64,000 bases of DNA. It comes from the human T2T-CHM13v2.0 reference genome, Homo sapiens. Below, piece by piece: positions 14,191-27,916 of the stretch (within the stretch, counting starts at the first letter, position 1; the number at the start of each line of letters is the position of its first letter). The position numbers and the translations under genes were made by a program. Location of the stretch: NCBI RefSeq assembly GCF_009914755.1, contig NC_060928.1; one strand, given 5' to 3'. The notes beneath the pieces were generated by a model, which was not told the DNA's origin, made no database searches, and saw nothing but the letters and a program-made list of their open reading frames with translations.

Positions 14191-15060
14191 ACTGTGCTAT
14201 TCTATATTAACATAGAACAGAGCAAAATTATTTCTTCCAGAGTTATTAAGAAAGGTTTGTAAATAATCTGTGCAGACATTTTACACTTGAAACAGAATTT
14301 TGAGATGGAAAAATAGGACAATTATGAGTTATCCTAAGGTACTTTACCTACTAGCATAGAAACCTATGGACATTGAATATGGAATTTAGACTGATAGAGC
14401 AGTGAATTCCAGCTGTATACATTACTGGTTATATAAACTTGGCAAAATTGTTGATTTGTATATATCTTAACTTTTCTGACACGTAAAATTGTGGCTAATA
14501 ATTTCTACCACAAAAATTTACTTTAAAGATTAATTTCGATAATATAGATGAAAGAACATCACAATAGCTTACAGGTCATTTATGATCCTTCTAATTCATT
14601 TTTTCCACTCTCTTTGTTCTACAAAATTAGCATGGGTTCTCAGGCAATTAGGAACGTATATGACTTTGGCAATTCTTATGAAGCAGCCTTAACCAAGCAC
14701 TTTATTTCATTTATTTGGAATATCCCCCATTAGGTATAAATGTGCAAGAATTTTGTGGTATTCTCAAACTGACTCCTGGAAGCAATTAAGAAATTTGCTG
14801 AAGATAAGGTTCACAGGAGTGATAGCAGGGAGAGTGTTAGGGCTATAATTGCTGGGCCAATTCACTTATAATTAACTTAGTATTAAAAGGTTAGCTCTGT
14901 AGTCAGAATAATCTTATTGCAAGTTGTCCTAACTGTACAATAATTCTAGAAATTTTGAGAGAACTCAAGGTTACCAAGCACATCTCATAAGATTATTGCA
15001 AACTTGTTTTTAAAACTAGGGGTAGGAACAATATAAAAAGAGAAACTCATAGACCCATTT

Positions 15061-15398
15061 TCTTTCTTTCTTTCTCCCTCTCTCCCTCTCTCTCTCTTTT
15101 TTTTCTTTTTTGAGATGAAGTCTCACTCTGTCGCCCAGGCTGGAGTGCAGTGGCATGATCTCGGATCTCAGCTCACTGCAACCTCTGCCTCCCAGGTTCA
15201 AGTGATTCTCCTGTCTCAGCCTCCTGAGTAGCTGGAACTACAGATGTGCACCACCACACCCGGCTAATTTTTGTATTATTAGTAGAGACAGGGTTTCACC
15301 ATATTGGCCAGGCTGGTCTCGAACTCCTGACCTTGTGATACACCCGCCTCAGCCTCCCAAAGTGCTGAGATTACAGGCAGGAGCCACTCCGCTCGGCC
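15061..15398 (-). mobile_element. AluS (Sg-like) with CT-microsatellite tail
   Basis: Full dimer on minus strand; TSD ca(t/c)agacccatttt on both sides; internal 7-bp duplication gatctcg-gatctca. Confidence 0.95.
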
Positions 15399-15704
15399 AC
15401 CACAGACCCATTTTTTAATGAATATACAAAAATAATTCCAAAGAAAGTATTACACAACTGCACCAACATTAAACAGAATATATCATAATCATATAGGGCT
15501 CATACCAAGAGTTCATAGATGACTAACATAAAAAATAAATGTGATCCATAATAAAAACATTAAAGAAAAAACTCATAATTATTTCAATTGGTATCTTAAA
15601 AAGGCTTTGATAATGACTAGCCCATATTTATCACAAAAACCATAACTAATTTAGAATTGATTGAATTTGTAAGGGTTATATACTAAAGTCCTACTTTAAA
15701 ATAT

Positions 15705-17130
15705 GATGGACTGTCTGTTCTAGCTCCAACTTATAAAGATCTTGGAAATAATCATTCCCATCCTTACAACAAGGGAAAGCTAAACAATCTGAAAATCAAT
15801 GACTTTTCTTGGGCCGAGAGCAAGACAACTAGGTTGCAAGTCAAACAACAACTCTGTAATATGGTAAGCCTCAGATCCGAAGAGTCATAGCCAAGATTCC
15901 CTTACCCAGAGAAGACACCACTGAAGATATAAACTGGTAGGATCACTTAGATAGTAATTTTAATGAACTGCTGGGGTTTGATACTGAACTAGAGTAAGAG
16001 TGAGAAACTCACCGGACCACAGTTTTGTGAGTATCCCACACTTTTGTGTATTTTTTATCCAGGAAACCCACAAGGCTCTTGTGACAAAGATCCAAGAATT
16101 ACCTCCTCCTCTCTACGGCTAGAAGAGAGGAATAATAACCATTGTAAAATATTCCCAGAGCATTCTACTTAACAAAAGCCTGCCCCTCCAGGGAAAAGAC
16201 TTTACTGGAAACATCCCATCTGGGGGAAGGGCATTTCTCTCACTCCAGCTCATTCTGGCTTTTTTGTCTCACTAAAGAGGTGGAAGTTGAGACAAACTTG
16301 TGAAGGTCCTGATCCCGAAACAAAGGACGGAGATCTTATCGTAAGATTTTAGAAGGCTTCCTCACTCTTCCGATTTACTACTACACCAACAGGGCTCCAA
16401 TAGAACAATGGCTTATGGCTGAAATTGCTGCAAGATTTAGAGTCTCTGAAGGGAAGTGCTTAAGAAAATAAAAGTTAATAAATGAGACAAAAAAGGAGAC
16501 TAGAGGACTATTAAGCATCTACCTCCTATAGCTACAGAAAATGATAAACACAGGCCAACTCCTAGATAAGTTAACATAAAACCTCACACTATTTACCTTA
16601 ATTTTTATTATCGGATACATCACGTTTGGCTTTCAGCAAAAAAAATTAAGCATACTTAAAGGCAAGAGAAAAACATAGTCTGAAGAGACAAAGAAGGTAT
16701 CAGAATGAGACTCAGATATAACACATATTTTGGAATTATTGGACAACAAATTTAAAATAACTTATCAATATGTTAAAGTCTCTAGTCGAGTAAGTAGATA
16801 ACCTTCAAGGACAGATGGATAATGTAAGCAGAGATATGGAAACTAAAAAAAAATAAAAATAAAAAGATTCAAAAGAAAATGCTAAAAATAAAACACATTG
16901 TAACAGAAATAGAGAATGTGTAGGGTGAGCTCATCAGTAGACTGGACATAGTCAAGGAGAGCATCAGTGAGCATGACAGCAAGTCAACAGGAACTTCCCA
17001 AGCTGAAATGCAAAGAGACAAAAAATAGAATAAATAGAAACTGAGTACAACACCCAAGAACTGTGGGTAAATTTCAAAAGATATGAGACATGTGTAATAT
17101 GTTCAAGGAGGAAAAAGAGAAATGAAACAG
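15705..17130 (+). mobile_element. Old L1 (L1MC/MD-like) 5' UTR and ORF1; resumes at ~19791-19910
   Basis: A-rich L1 ORF1-like sequence (atgggtaatgtaagcagaga-like, ctcatcagtagactggac, caagaactgtggg). Confidence 0.7.
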
Positions 17131-19318
17131 GCGAGAATGATGGCAAACTAGGAGACATTAGCCTTCATCTTCCTAGAAAAAAAAAAAAAAATAGAAAGCT
17201 ATCCGAGAACAGAATTAGCCCCGAGAAGGCTCAAAAGTCCAATTAAGAATCTTCAGCAACACAATGGAGCAAAAAATGGACAATGGCAGCATAAAAAGGA
17301 TCACGGGGAAGATAAGCATACCTGAGATGTCTAGTGACACCTAGAAACAAAGAAGGGAAGGGGTTATCCATAGCAGCCACATGGCAGCTGCCACCACAGT
17401 CCTTAGTAACCTGTTGTGCAGAGGATCCCAGCAGTCATTGCCACTAAGGATCTCAACAACAGCTATGGAAGCCACAGACTCCCACAGCTTTCACAACAGA
17501 GCTCTACTTCAGTGGAGTGCTCTGCAGAGGATACTGGGAGCTTTAGGAACTGAGGTAACCAACAATCATCACCAGCATAGGCCCCCTAAAAATGAAGATG
17601 CTGCTGCACCACCCAACAGAAGTGAGCTGCTATTGCACCATCCAGGGACTAGGGCTACACTGCCCCTCCCAATGCACACTCTGAATTCTGAAGCCATGGT
17701 GGATCTGCACACACATACCCCAGACCCCAGCTCTGTATGGCACTCTATGAGTGCCTTTGCCTCAGACATCACAGCTACTGCCAGAGGGTACTAGCCTGCA
17801 CTCTGATACCTGGAGCTCCTGTCTCTCTACATGTGCCCAAGCTCCAGACTCCAGTTCTGAGGTCACTCTGCACATGCCTGTGCCTCCAGTTCCTGACTCT
17901 GCAGCCACTGAGAGTCAGTCTGTGTCTAGGACACTGGAGCCATGGCTGCAGTGGGAACTTCTGTACTCTAGACCCTGGAGACATTGTACATATGCTTGTG
18001 CCCACAGTTTCAAACCCAGCTGCCTAGCTGTTCCACAAGCAACCCCACCTTGCACACCGTTACCAATGACACAGTGAGAGTGCCTGCATGTTAAGAATTA
18101 GTGTCACCACTGGCCTGAGCCCTAGAGCTGAAGTTCCTCCATGTGCATTCACACTCCAGACCCCAGTTCTGTGGCCACTCCACAGAGATCACATATCAGA
18201 CACCAGTAACATCACCATTGCAAGTGTGTCTGAAAACCAGACTCAGCACCAAACGGGATCCCCTTAGCCACAACTTCCCTTGCAGAAGAAACAAAATACT
18301 CATGACACCAGCAGCTGTAGATGCTGCTGCAGATATTCATAGCCTTGGCCACTGAAGACATCTGCAAATTTTTATTGACACTGATGAAGCTTAACAAAAA
18401 GTGCACTATTGTGCCATTACTGAAGCAAGAACTGGTGCATCCCATTCAGTCGGCACCCTCACTTTCACTCATAAGCAGGTGAAAATTGTCCATTAAATCT
18501 GGAGAAGGTTACTGTTACATCAAATGTGCAGACATCAATGTAAGCAACAACAACAACAAAAAAAAACATAAAAATCAAGGAACTATGACACCACCAAAGG
18601 AGGACAATAATTTTCTAGTAATTGACCCACAGAAATGAGTATCTGCAAATTGCTGGACAAAAAGTTCAAAATATTTTAAAATAAAGTACAGAGAGCTGCA
18701 GGAGAGTGCAGATAGACAACTCAACTGTATCAGGAAAACAATACATGGAAAAAATAAGGTCAACAAAAGAGATAAGAAAAGAATCAAACAAATTCTGGAG
18801 CTAAAGAATCAATGAATTATATAAAATGCAATAGGAAACATCAACCATCAGAACAAAGAGTCTGTGAAGTTAAAGACAGACCACTTTAAATTAGTCAGAG
18901 AAAGAAAAAAAATGTAACAAACAAAAATAATAGAAAGGGAAAAGAATGTGAAAGAGTGAAGAAAGTCTATGGCATATATGGAACCTCATCATATGCCCCA
19001 GTATACAAATACTGGGAACAAGAAAAAAAGGAAGAGCAAAAAAAAAAAAAAAAAAAAAATGGCAGAAAGCTTACTTAATGAAATAATGGCTGAAAATTGT
19101 CCAAATCTGAGAAGACATATGGACATCTAGATATATTAAAAACAAATATTTATAAACAAAGTAAAGCCAAATATATCTTCTCTGAGACACACTATAATCA
19201 AACTGTCAAAAATTAAAGACCAAAGATAGAATTTTTGAAGCATCAAGAAAAGAGATTTATCATATATAAAGGAAACTCCAGAATGCTTTCTGCCAATTTC
19301 TCAGCAGAAACCTTGCAG
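17131..19318 (+). mobile_element. Nested L1 (L1MA/L1M-like) GC-rich 5' UTR and ORF1
   Basis: Repetitive GC-rich 5' UTR 17350-18400, then aatcaaggaactatgacaccaccaaagg...ttctcagcagaaaccttgcag typical of L1 ORF1. Confidence 0.75.
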
Positions 19319-19459
19319 CTTGAAGCCTTCACCAGAAGCAGATCCTGAGGCCATGCTGTTTGTGTAGCTTGTAGAATCATTAGCCAAATAAATCTCTTTT
19401 CTTTATAAATTACTCAGCCTCAGGTATTTCTTTAAAGCAAAATAAAATGGACTAAGATA
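19319..19459 (+). mobile_element. 3' part of an MST (MaLR) LTR
   Basis: ccttcaccagaagcagat...agccaaataaatctcttttctttataaattactcagcctcaggtatttc...ggactaagata. Confidence 0.8.
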
Positions 19460-19624
19460 GGCATAAATTTAACCAAAAAGGTAAAAGTTCTGTACACTGA
19501 AAATTGTTACTGTTAGTTTATACTGACTTAATCTTCTTACTGATTATTGATTCTGTGATATCAGTTGTAATGTTTCCTCTTTCATTCAGATTTTATTTAT
19601 TTGAGTCTTTTGGCAAGACCTAGA

Positions 19625-19730
19625 CTCCAATAAGTCACTTTCCCAAATGCCTCATATCTTGATACTATCATCTTGGGGTTTAAGTTCCAAAATATGGATT
19701 TTAGAGTGCCACATACATTCAAACTGTAGA
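19625..19730 (-). mobile_element. 5' part of an MST/MLT1 LTR, inverted
   Basis: tactatcatcttggggtttaagttccaaaatatggatttt...catacattcaaactgtaga is the reverse of a MaLR LTR start. Confidence 0.65.
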
Positions 19731-19914
19731 GTATGTGGAATTTAACAAAAAGGTGAACTCATAAAAACAGGGAGTAGAATGATGGTTATCTAAAATTAAT
19801 GATACTATACTTCAGATTCAGGAGGCTCACAGAACACCAAGTAGTACAAATTTATTTAAAATTGTATAGCTAGACATATAATATTCTTAATAAATTTGAA
19901 AGATAACTTTTTTA

Positions 19915-20308
19915 AAAGAAGCAATAGTAACATTGTAAATGGTGATGTTTGACATGGCATTTATTGGTGAAATATGTTGAATCATCAACCAGGATAGACA
20001 AGCTGTTAATTTTCAGTTTATTATCCAAATTTTCTTCAGCATCACATAATACGTCATGAGTATGTTGACTTATTATACTATTTGAGAAACAACTTTTCAA
20101 CTTGTCATACTGCATCTCATTCAACATTTTAGTCAGTATAATTTTGTATGGTGACATTATTAGTCTCATACCAATGATATGCCTGTTTGTTATCTTGGTG
20201 ATAAACTCTGCTACTAAATACCTTGTATTTTGTAGCTTTTTATTTAATTTGTGGGGTTTTTTTTCAAAAATAAGGACTTCACTGTGCTTGTTTAAATAGT
20301 AAAATAGC
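19915..20308 (-). mobile_element. hAT-Charlie (Charlie2-like) transposase fossil, central part
   Basis: ORF 19912-20334 (YLVAEFITK...HIIGMRLIMSPYKII...FSNSIISQH...SLSILVDDST) resembles Buster/Charlie transposases (SYLVA...HTIGE.LI.P...PLSN.TISRR...FSIQ.DEST). Confidence 0.8.
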
Positions 20309-23140
20309 CCCTTAAGAAAACATGAACAGACCAATAATGAGTAATGAGATCAAAGCAGTAATTAACTTTCCTTTCAAAGAAAAGCTCAGAATCTGATGGC
20401 TTCACAGCTGAAATCTACCAAATATTTTAAAAAGAATGAATACTATTTCTATTCACACTATTATTAAAAAATTAAAGAAGAGGCACTATTTTTAAACTCA
20501 TTCTATGAAGCTAGCATCACCCTGATACCAAAATCAGACATGGATAAAACAAAGAAAGAGAGCTACAGGCCAATGTCCCTGATGAACATAGATGCAAACG
20601 TCCCAATAAAATGCTAGAAAACTGAATTCAACAACATATTGAATTGAACAACACATTCACCATAATCAAGTGGATTCATCCCAAGGATGCAAGAATGTTT
20701 CAACAAATGCAAATCAATAAATACAACATTTTACATTAACAGAATCAAGGACAAAAACCATATAATCATTTCAATAAATACTGAGAGAGCATTTGACAAA
20801 ATTCAACATCCATTTGTGATAAAAAAAAAAAAAAAAAGTCTCAACAAACTGGGTACAGAAGGAAAAAACTCAAAAACAAAACAAAACAAATAAAGGCCAT
20901 GAATGAGAAATCCACAGCTAAGATCATATGGGGAAAATTGGAAACCTTCTCTCTAAGATCTGGGACAAAACAAAGATGTTCACTTTTACTCAGCTTAGTA
21001 CTGGAAGTCCTAACCAGATCAATCAGGAATAAGAAAAAAATAAAGGACATCCAGATTGGACAGGAAGAACTGAAACTATCCTTGTTAACAGATGGCATGA
21101 TCTTATATTTAGAAAAACCTAAAGATTCCACCAACAAAAAAAAACTCTATTATAACTGATAGACAAATTCAGTAAAGTTGCAGGATACAAAATCAACATA
21201 ACAGAATCAGCAGCATTTACGTATGCCAACAGCTAACAATCTGAAAAAGTATTCAAGAAAGTAATCCAGTTTGTAATAGCTACAGAAAAAATACCTAGAA
21301 ATAAATTTAACAAAAGAAGTGAAAAATCCTTACAAGGAATATTCAAAACACTGATGAAAGAAAGTAAGGAGGACACACCAAAATGCAATGATATCCACAC
21401 TTATGAATTGGGAGCATTAATAGTTAAAATGACAGTAATACTCAAAGTTACTTACAAATTCAATGCAAATCCTATCAAAACACTAATGATTCTTCACTGA
21501 AATAAAAAATCAATCATAAAATTCATATGGAACCACAAAAGACCCAGAATAACCAAAGCAATCTTCAGCAAAAAGAACAAAGCTGAAGGCATCATGCTAC
21601 CTTCAAAATATGCTACAAAGCCGTTGTAATTCAGGCAGCATGGTGCTGGAATAAAAACAGACATGTGGACCAATGGAACAGAATAGAGAACCTAGAGATA
21701 AATTCACACATTTTCAGCCAACTTGTTTTTGACAAAGGCACCAAAAACCTACATTGTAGAAAAGACAGTCCCTACGATAAACGGTGCTGGGAAAACTGGA
21801 TAAATGTATGTAGATGTATATGAAGCTAGACCCTATGTCTCATCATATAAAAATCTAATCAAAATTTATTAAAGCCTTAATATAAGCCTTGAAATTATGA
21901 AACTACCAGAATAAAACATTTAGGAAACACTAGGGCATTGGTCTGGGCAAAGATTTTTGGGTGAGACCTCAAAAGCACAGGCAACAAAAACAAAAATACA
22001 CAAATGGGATTACATCAAGCTAATGTATTGCCAAGGATATAATCAACAAAGTGAAGAGACAACTCAGAGTGGGAGAAAATATTTGCAAACTATCGTCTGA
22101 CAATGGTTTAATAACCAGAATATTTAAGAAAACAACTCAACCGCAGAAAAATAAATAATCCAATTAAAAATGAACAAAAGATCTGAACATTCATTTCTCA
22201 AAAGAGGACATACAAATAGCTAAAAGTTATGTGAACAAATGCTCTATATCACTAATCACCAGGGAAATGCAAATCAAAACCACACTGACATATTATCTTA
22301 CCTTTTTTAGAATAGCTAATATTAAAAAGATGAAAAACTAACTGATGCTGGTGAGGATGTGGAGAAAATAGAACTCTTGTACACTGTTGGTGGGAATGTA
22401 AGTTAGTACATTAGTACATAGTGACTCTCATGGAAAACAGTATGGAGATTTCTTACAAAACTAAAAATAGAAGTTTTATATGATCTAGCAATCCTGGTAC
22501 TGGATATTTATCCAAAGGAAAAGAAATCAGTGCATCAAAAAGATACCTGCACCCACATGTTTATTGCATCACTATTGTGTTCATCAACAGATGAATGAAC
22601 AAAGAAAATGTGCTGTATATACAACACTGAATATAACTTAGCCATAAAAAGAATAAAACTCTGTCATTTGCAGCAACATGAATGGAACTGGAGGTTATTA
22701 CATTAACCGAAGTAAGCCTGGCACAGAAAGACACATACCACGTGTTCTTACTCATATGTGGAAGCTAAAAATGTGGATCTTTGCAGAAAGTTGATTGGTG
22801 GTTAACAGGCAGAGAAGCGTGGGAGAAAAGGGAGAAGAAGAGTGGTTGGTCAATAGATACAAAGATACAATTACATAGAAGAAATAAAGTCTATTGTTTG
22901 ATAGTATAGTAAATGGGCAATTATAGTTAACATACCTCCCCTCCAGCAAAAACATAATTTGTTGCATAGTCAAAATGCTGGAGGCGGGGTATTGGAATGT
23001 TTGCAACATAAAGGTGTGAATGTTTGGTGAGATGAATGTTTCAATTGCCCTGGTTTGATCATTACACATTGCATGCATATATCAAAATACCAATGTGTCC
23101 CAGAAATATGTACAACTATTATGCATCAATTCTAAAAAAG
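20309..23140 (+). mobile_element. 5'-truncated L1 (L1MA-like) ORF2 and 3' UTR
   Basis: ORF2 peptides ([36 protein letters not shown]), 3' UTR, A-rich end; degenerate TSD aaata(a)gc. Confidence 0.92.
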
Positions 23141-23862
23141 AAATAAGCACTTTTAATTGTCAAATGCCTGTGACTTGTGGTTGAGTGTGATTTCTACTCT
23201 TCTAGAGTCATGTTGCATTTGTATGTTGTTTCTCACATACAGCACATAATGGAATAGTATAATTTGGATTATCATCCCTTCTCATGCAATATCCACTCAT
23301 AGGTTGCTTTCACTATGAACATGTTATTTTTAGTGTATGTCCCTTGTATCACTAGTGCAGTGAAATGACTCAGAAGATTTTAATTCTTCATAATTAATTT
23401 TCTAAATAAGAACTTTATTGGGATATAATTCACATACCATAAAATTCAACACTTTAAAGTATACACGTCAGTGATTTTTAGTATATTCAAGCAGTTGTTC
23501 AATTATTCATTATTAAATTTATCATATTTGTCCTTAGGGCAAAAATGAAATTTTTTTTTCATATGACAACATATATGTAAAAGTTACCTAATTGGACCAT
23601 CAGACATATTTTAAAATACATGTTCTAATAAAATATAAAAAAGAATACTGTAAAAAACCAAAAATTAATATTAACATATAGTATTAATTTAATATTAAAA
23701 TATAAAATCTTGACATAATAATTTACTTCTGACATCCACAAACTAAGTTTTGGAACATTGAGGACAGTAAAGTAGATGGGGGAAGATAATAAGCAGCACA
23801 TACAACTTGCTACTTTAAAATGAGTATTTCCCATGACTTTTCACATACACTGAGACAACCTG
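23141..23862 (-). mobile_element. hAT-Charlie element 5' part (BED zinc-finger region), interrupted by a short L1 3' fragment (~23400-23510)
   Basis: Reverse translation of 23146-23260 gives IPLCAVCEKQHTNA...HSTTSHRHLTIKSA (CxxC...HxxxxH). Possible CAG-starting terminus at 23862. Confidence 0.6.
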
Positions 23863-25084
23863 TTTGTTTGCATAAGAGGAGATTAGGAAAGTAATTTATG
23901 AAAGAAAAACTGAGGCTACCAGCCTACCATACTCCCTTAGTGCATTACAGTGCTCACCTCTACATTATATCTATAATTACATCCATATTTCATTAAAATC
24001 TGAGAATAAACTCAATCAACTGACTGCTTTCTACTTTACACTGTCCTGGAGGACTGAAAAATCTCTAAAACACTGCTAATGTGGTTTCTCAGTAACCTCA
24101 TCACTGTAAGTGCCAGTATCACACAACACGTGATGTTAAAAAAAAAACTATATATTTTTGCAATTGCCACCTCTTGATGAACGATTACTGCCATCTCACT
24201 GAACTTTAGGGTTCCATGTAACCACAGTTGTGTGGCAAGCACTAGAGATGTAGCAATAAATTTGGTGTTCTTTGCCTAGATCTCTTTACATGTATAAAGG
24301 GTATTCTTTGCAGGCTTCTGTTTCTGATTGATTTTCTACACTCACTCTCTCCTTCCTCTGTCTCTATCAACTTCTTTGACTTTTTTTTCCTCCATCCTTA
24401 AGCATTATCTTAAAAGTCTAAAATGATTACTTAAACAGTTAAGATGACTAACCAATGCTGGACTTGGTATAACCATTAAAATTCTTGATGATTAGTTACA
24501 TTGATGGTATTGTAAATGTAACAATATTCACTGGAAATGGGATAATTTGTAAAGCATGATGACAGTTCTTTCATCAGATATCATATTAGAATGTGTTTAT
24601 GGTCAATCAGTACCTGAAAATGATTAGGTTGAGAGGCTTTAAATATTGGAAATTTATATTTTCTCTTGGCAAATTTTATGAAATGTCTACTTAGTGGTCT
24701 GCACTATTTTAAGCCCTTGAATGTATAGTAATGACTAGAAGACTACTCTTGAGTTCCCTTCTCTCAAGGATATTTCATTCCAACAATGCAGGAAAATCCA
24801 CATAGTATTTTCTTTTCTTGAGAAATGTCCCTTCTTAGGTCCTGAATCGAGGTGTTCATGTTTTACTTTCTTCATTATAGCAGGCAAAGGGATGCATCCT
24901 CATTCCTTTTCTCTTTAGATATCACAGCAATTCTAGACCTTTTCATTAAATCTAACTGCAAAAAGGGATGCAATCGCTCTTCACTGGTCCTTTCCTTGTG
25001 ACATTAATTTAAGTATTCAAGAGTCACTAAGTTTTGGAATTTTGATAGTATTCGGTATGGAAGAGAAGACAGTACACTTGATTT

Positions 25085-25412
25085 GTCGGTAAGATAACAC
25101 TGGCTGCTTTAACAAATAAACTCCAAGACCTCTATTCCTTCAAGTAAGGAATAGAAGAGTAGCCCCTGAGGATGGATGCCTTTCTTCCAAGGGCTGAATC
25201 AGAGACCCAAACTCTTTTCACATAGTGGCTTTACCATTTACAACATTTTGACTTCCAACATAAGTGTGTTTTTCTATACCAATCTGGCACAAAGGAAAAC
25301 AATATGAAGCATCCTGTATAAGAGATTTTTTTTAGAAATCAGGTTTGTAAATGATGCACACAACTTCTGCTCATATTCCATCATCTAGGACTTAGTCTAT
25401 GGCCATACCTAC
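25085..25412 (-). mobile_element. Old ERVL/MaLR-type LTR (LTR33/MLT1-like), interrupted by MLT2
   Basis: acttctgctcatattcca...ggacttagtctatggccatacct; continues briefly after 25872. Confidence 0.5.
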
Positions 25413-25872
25413 TAGGATGATTAATTTATGTGTCATCTGGAGTAGGACATGGCTGCTAGTTTAAACATCTCTGGATTTGTCTGTGAGAATGTTTCCAGGT
25501 GAGATTAGCATTTGAATCTATAAATTTAGTAAAAGTAGATTGCCCTCCCCAATGTCGGTGGGCATCATTCAATCCACTGAAGGCCTGAATGAAAGGAAAG
25601 GTGACGGAAGGAGGAATTTGTGCCTTTTTTCCTGCCTCACTGCTTGATCTGGGACATTCATCTCATCTTCCTTGGACTAGGGCTTACATCATCAATTTTT
25701 AGACTGACAGTGAATTATACCACTAGATTTCCTGGGTCTCCTGCTTGCAGACAGTAGATCTTGGGACTTCTCAGCCTCTGTAATCATGTAAGCCAATTCT
25801 TCATAATAAATATCCTTTTATTATACACATATCTCATTGGTTCTGTTTCTCTGAAGAACCCTGACTAATACA
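25413..25872 (+). mobile_element. MLT2 (ERVL) solo LTR, MLT2B/D-like
   Basis: gattaatttatgtgtca...gattgccctccccaatg...ggttctgtttctctgaagaaccctgactaataca. Confidence 0.85.
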
Positions 25873-26241
25873 TTTACTTTCAAGAGAGGCGAGATTCAGG
25901 AAATTTCTAAGACTATTCATTGTAGCAGACTGATGATTAATACTTACACATCTCTATAGCTATGAATCTTCTTAAATAATCTTTATGACATCAGTGATTT
26001 TGTCTGTTTATACCACTCAGCACATAAAGGTGCTCAGTAAATTAATGAATAAGCAAATTAAAAAAGAACAAATAGACAATTGATTACCTTTTGATTCAAG
26101 TGAACAACTGACCTTTCTGCTAGTTGACATTCAATAGAACTATGAATCACACAAAGGTTAGATTTGTATTCTCCCACTTATTCTAAGAGAGAATAACATT
26201 TAAAGAAAGAAGTGAAAAATGAAATGAAAAATAAGCCTTAA

Positions 26242-26568
<327 letters not shown>

Positions 26569-27279
26569 ATATATTCCTATTTCTTTAACTTCTTCCACAT
26601 AAGTGTTAAAGGAGAAAGAGGGAATCTAACAAAATCATTACACAGAAATTGGAAACTTATTATGATCCACGAGAATTAAAATATGATGAATATGATGCTG
26701 CCCATCAGCAAGGAGAAATTCCTATGATTGTTTGTTGCAGTGACTTTTTTCTTTTTTACCAAGATTAACCCTCTTTAAAAAAACACTGTGTTTGAAGACT
26801 TTTATAACCTCTGCTGTTTGCTGCAACCCCAAAACTGGAGAAACATCTTGGATCCAAATTCCCAGTCAGTGCATTGAAGTGAAACTTACAGTATTATATT
26901 CCTAACACTGTCAAGGTCAAGTTGCTAGCTGACCATGGACACAGCCCTTACTGCACCCAACAAACTAGAAGAAATGCTCTTATATCTAAAAGTTACATAT
27001 TCTCTCAATTTCCAGTAATATGGTAGATGGTTTAGAAGGGCCAAACTGAAAAAGCTGTTATGACACAGAGGATATTTTTACATGTAAAAATTTAAAAGAC
27101 ATTAACTTTATAACCAAATAATGTGTGCAACACACATCACTGATTCCTCCTGTCATTCTGACTTTTATTACTAAGGTATGTTGAAAATGCAGTAAGCATT
27201 AGGGATGAGGCAGAGAAGGAGGTAAAATTTAAGAAGGGGGATCAGGAGAGGGTGAAATCACAGATGATCTGCACATCAC

Positions 27280-27916
27280 TTATGGGACCCACCACTACTA
27301 CTGCCAAAGCCTGTGTGTGTCACCCGGTGGCAAAAGGAATGGCCTGCCTGAAGCCTATTGCTGCCATGGCTGATGAACCTGCCTGCTCCAGCAGCAGGGC
27401 CGTGGAATGCCAATGTGCTTCCCCTAGGTACCTGAGGACCAGTTTGCATGGCATGCCTGGACCCAGCAAAGCCACTTTATAGCCTAGAAAAACAACTACA
27501 GCCTATGCAGATACCATTGACATTGATTATATTGGAAGAAGTCATACAAAGACTATAATAGCACACTCACCAGAAACAAAGCCAAAGCACCCTGCCCTGC
27601 AGACACTATAAATGCATCTCCAGAAAAAAATATTTTTCCTAAGAAAGGAAAGAAGTGACTGTTAAACCAGAGGCACAGATATCAAAGTAGAAACACAGGA
27701 CACGTGAAACAGCAAGGAAACATGACACCTCCAATGAAACACAATTCTTCACTAACAGACCTTAAAGAAAAGGAAACCTAAAAATAATCCTGAAAAGGAA
27801 TTCAAAGTAAAGATTTTAAGAAAACTCAGTGAGACATAAGAGAACAGAGATACAAAATACAAATAAATCAGCAAAATTATTTATGATGTAAATCAGAAAT
27901 TCAACAAAGAGACAGC
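27280..27916 (+). mobile_element. L1 (L1MA/PB-like) 5' UTR and start of ORF1, interrupted by HERV-H
   Basis: gcaaggaaacatgacacctcca...aagaaaactcagtgagacataagagaacaga; continues at 33980. Confidence 0.8.

Noticed and set aside
17381-18445. Cluster of overlapping ORFs in a GC-rich patch
   Set aside because: Lies in an L1 5' UTR; no splice or coding signature; CpG-depleted, so not a CpG island
26818-26950. The 130-bp duplicated unit as a snoRNA or other small-RNA retrocopy
   Set aside because: The second copy has no poly(A) tail or TSD, and I recognise no RNA family; a local inverted template explains it better. An Rfam search would settle it.
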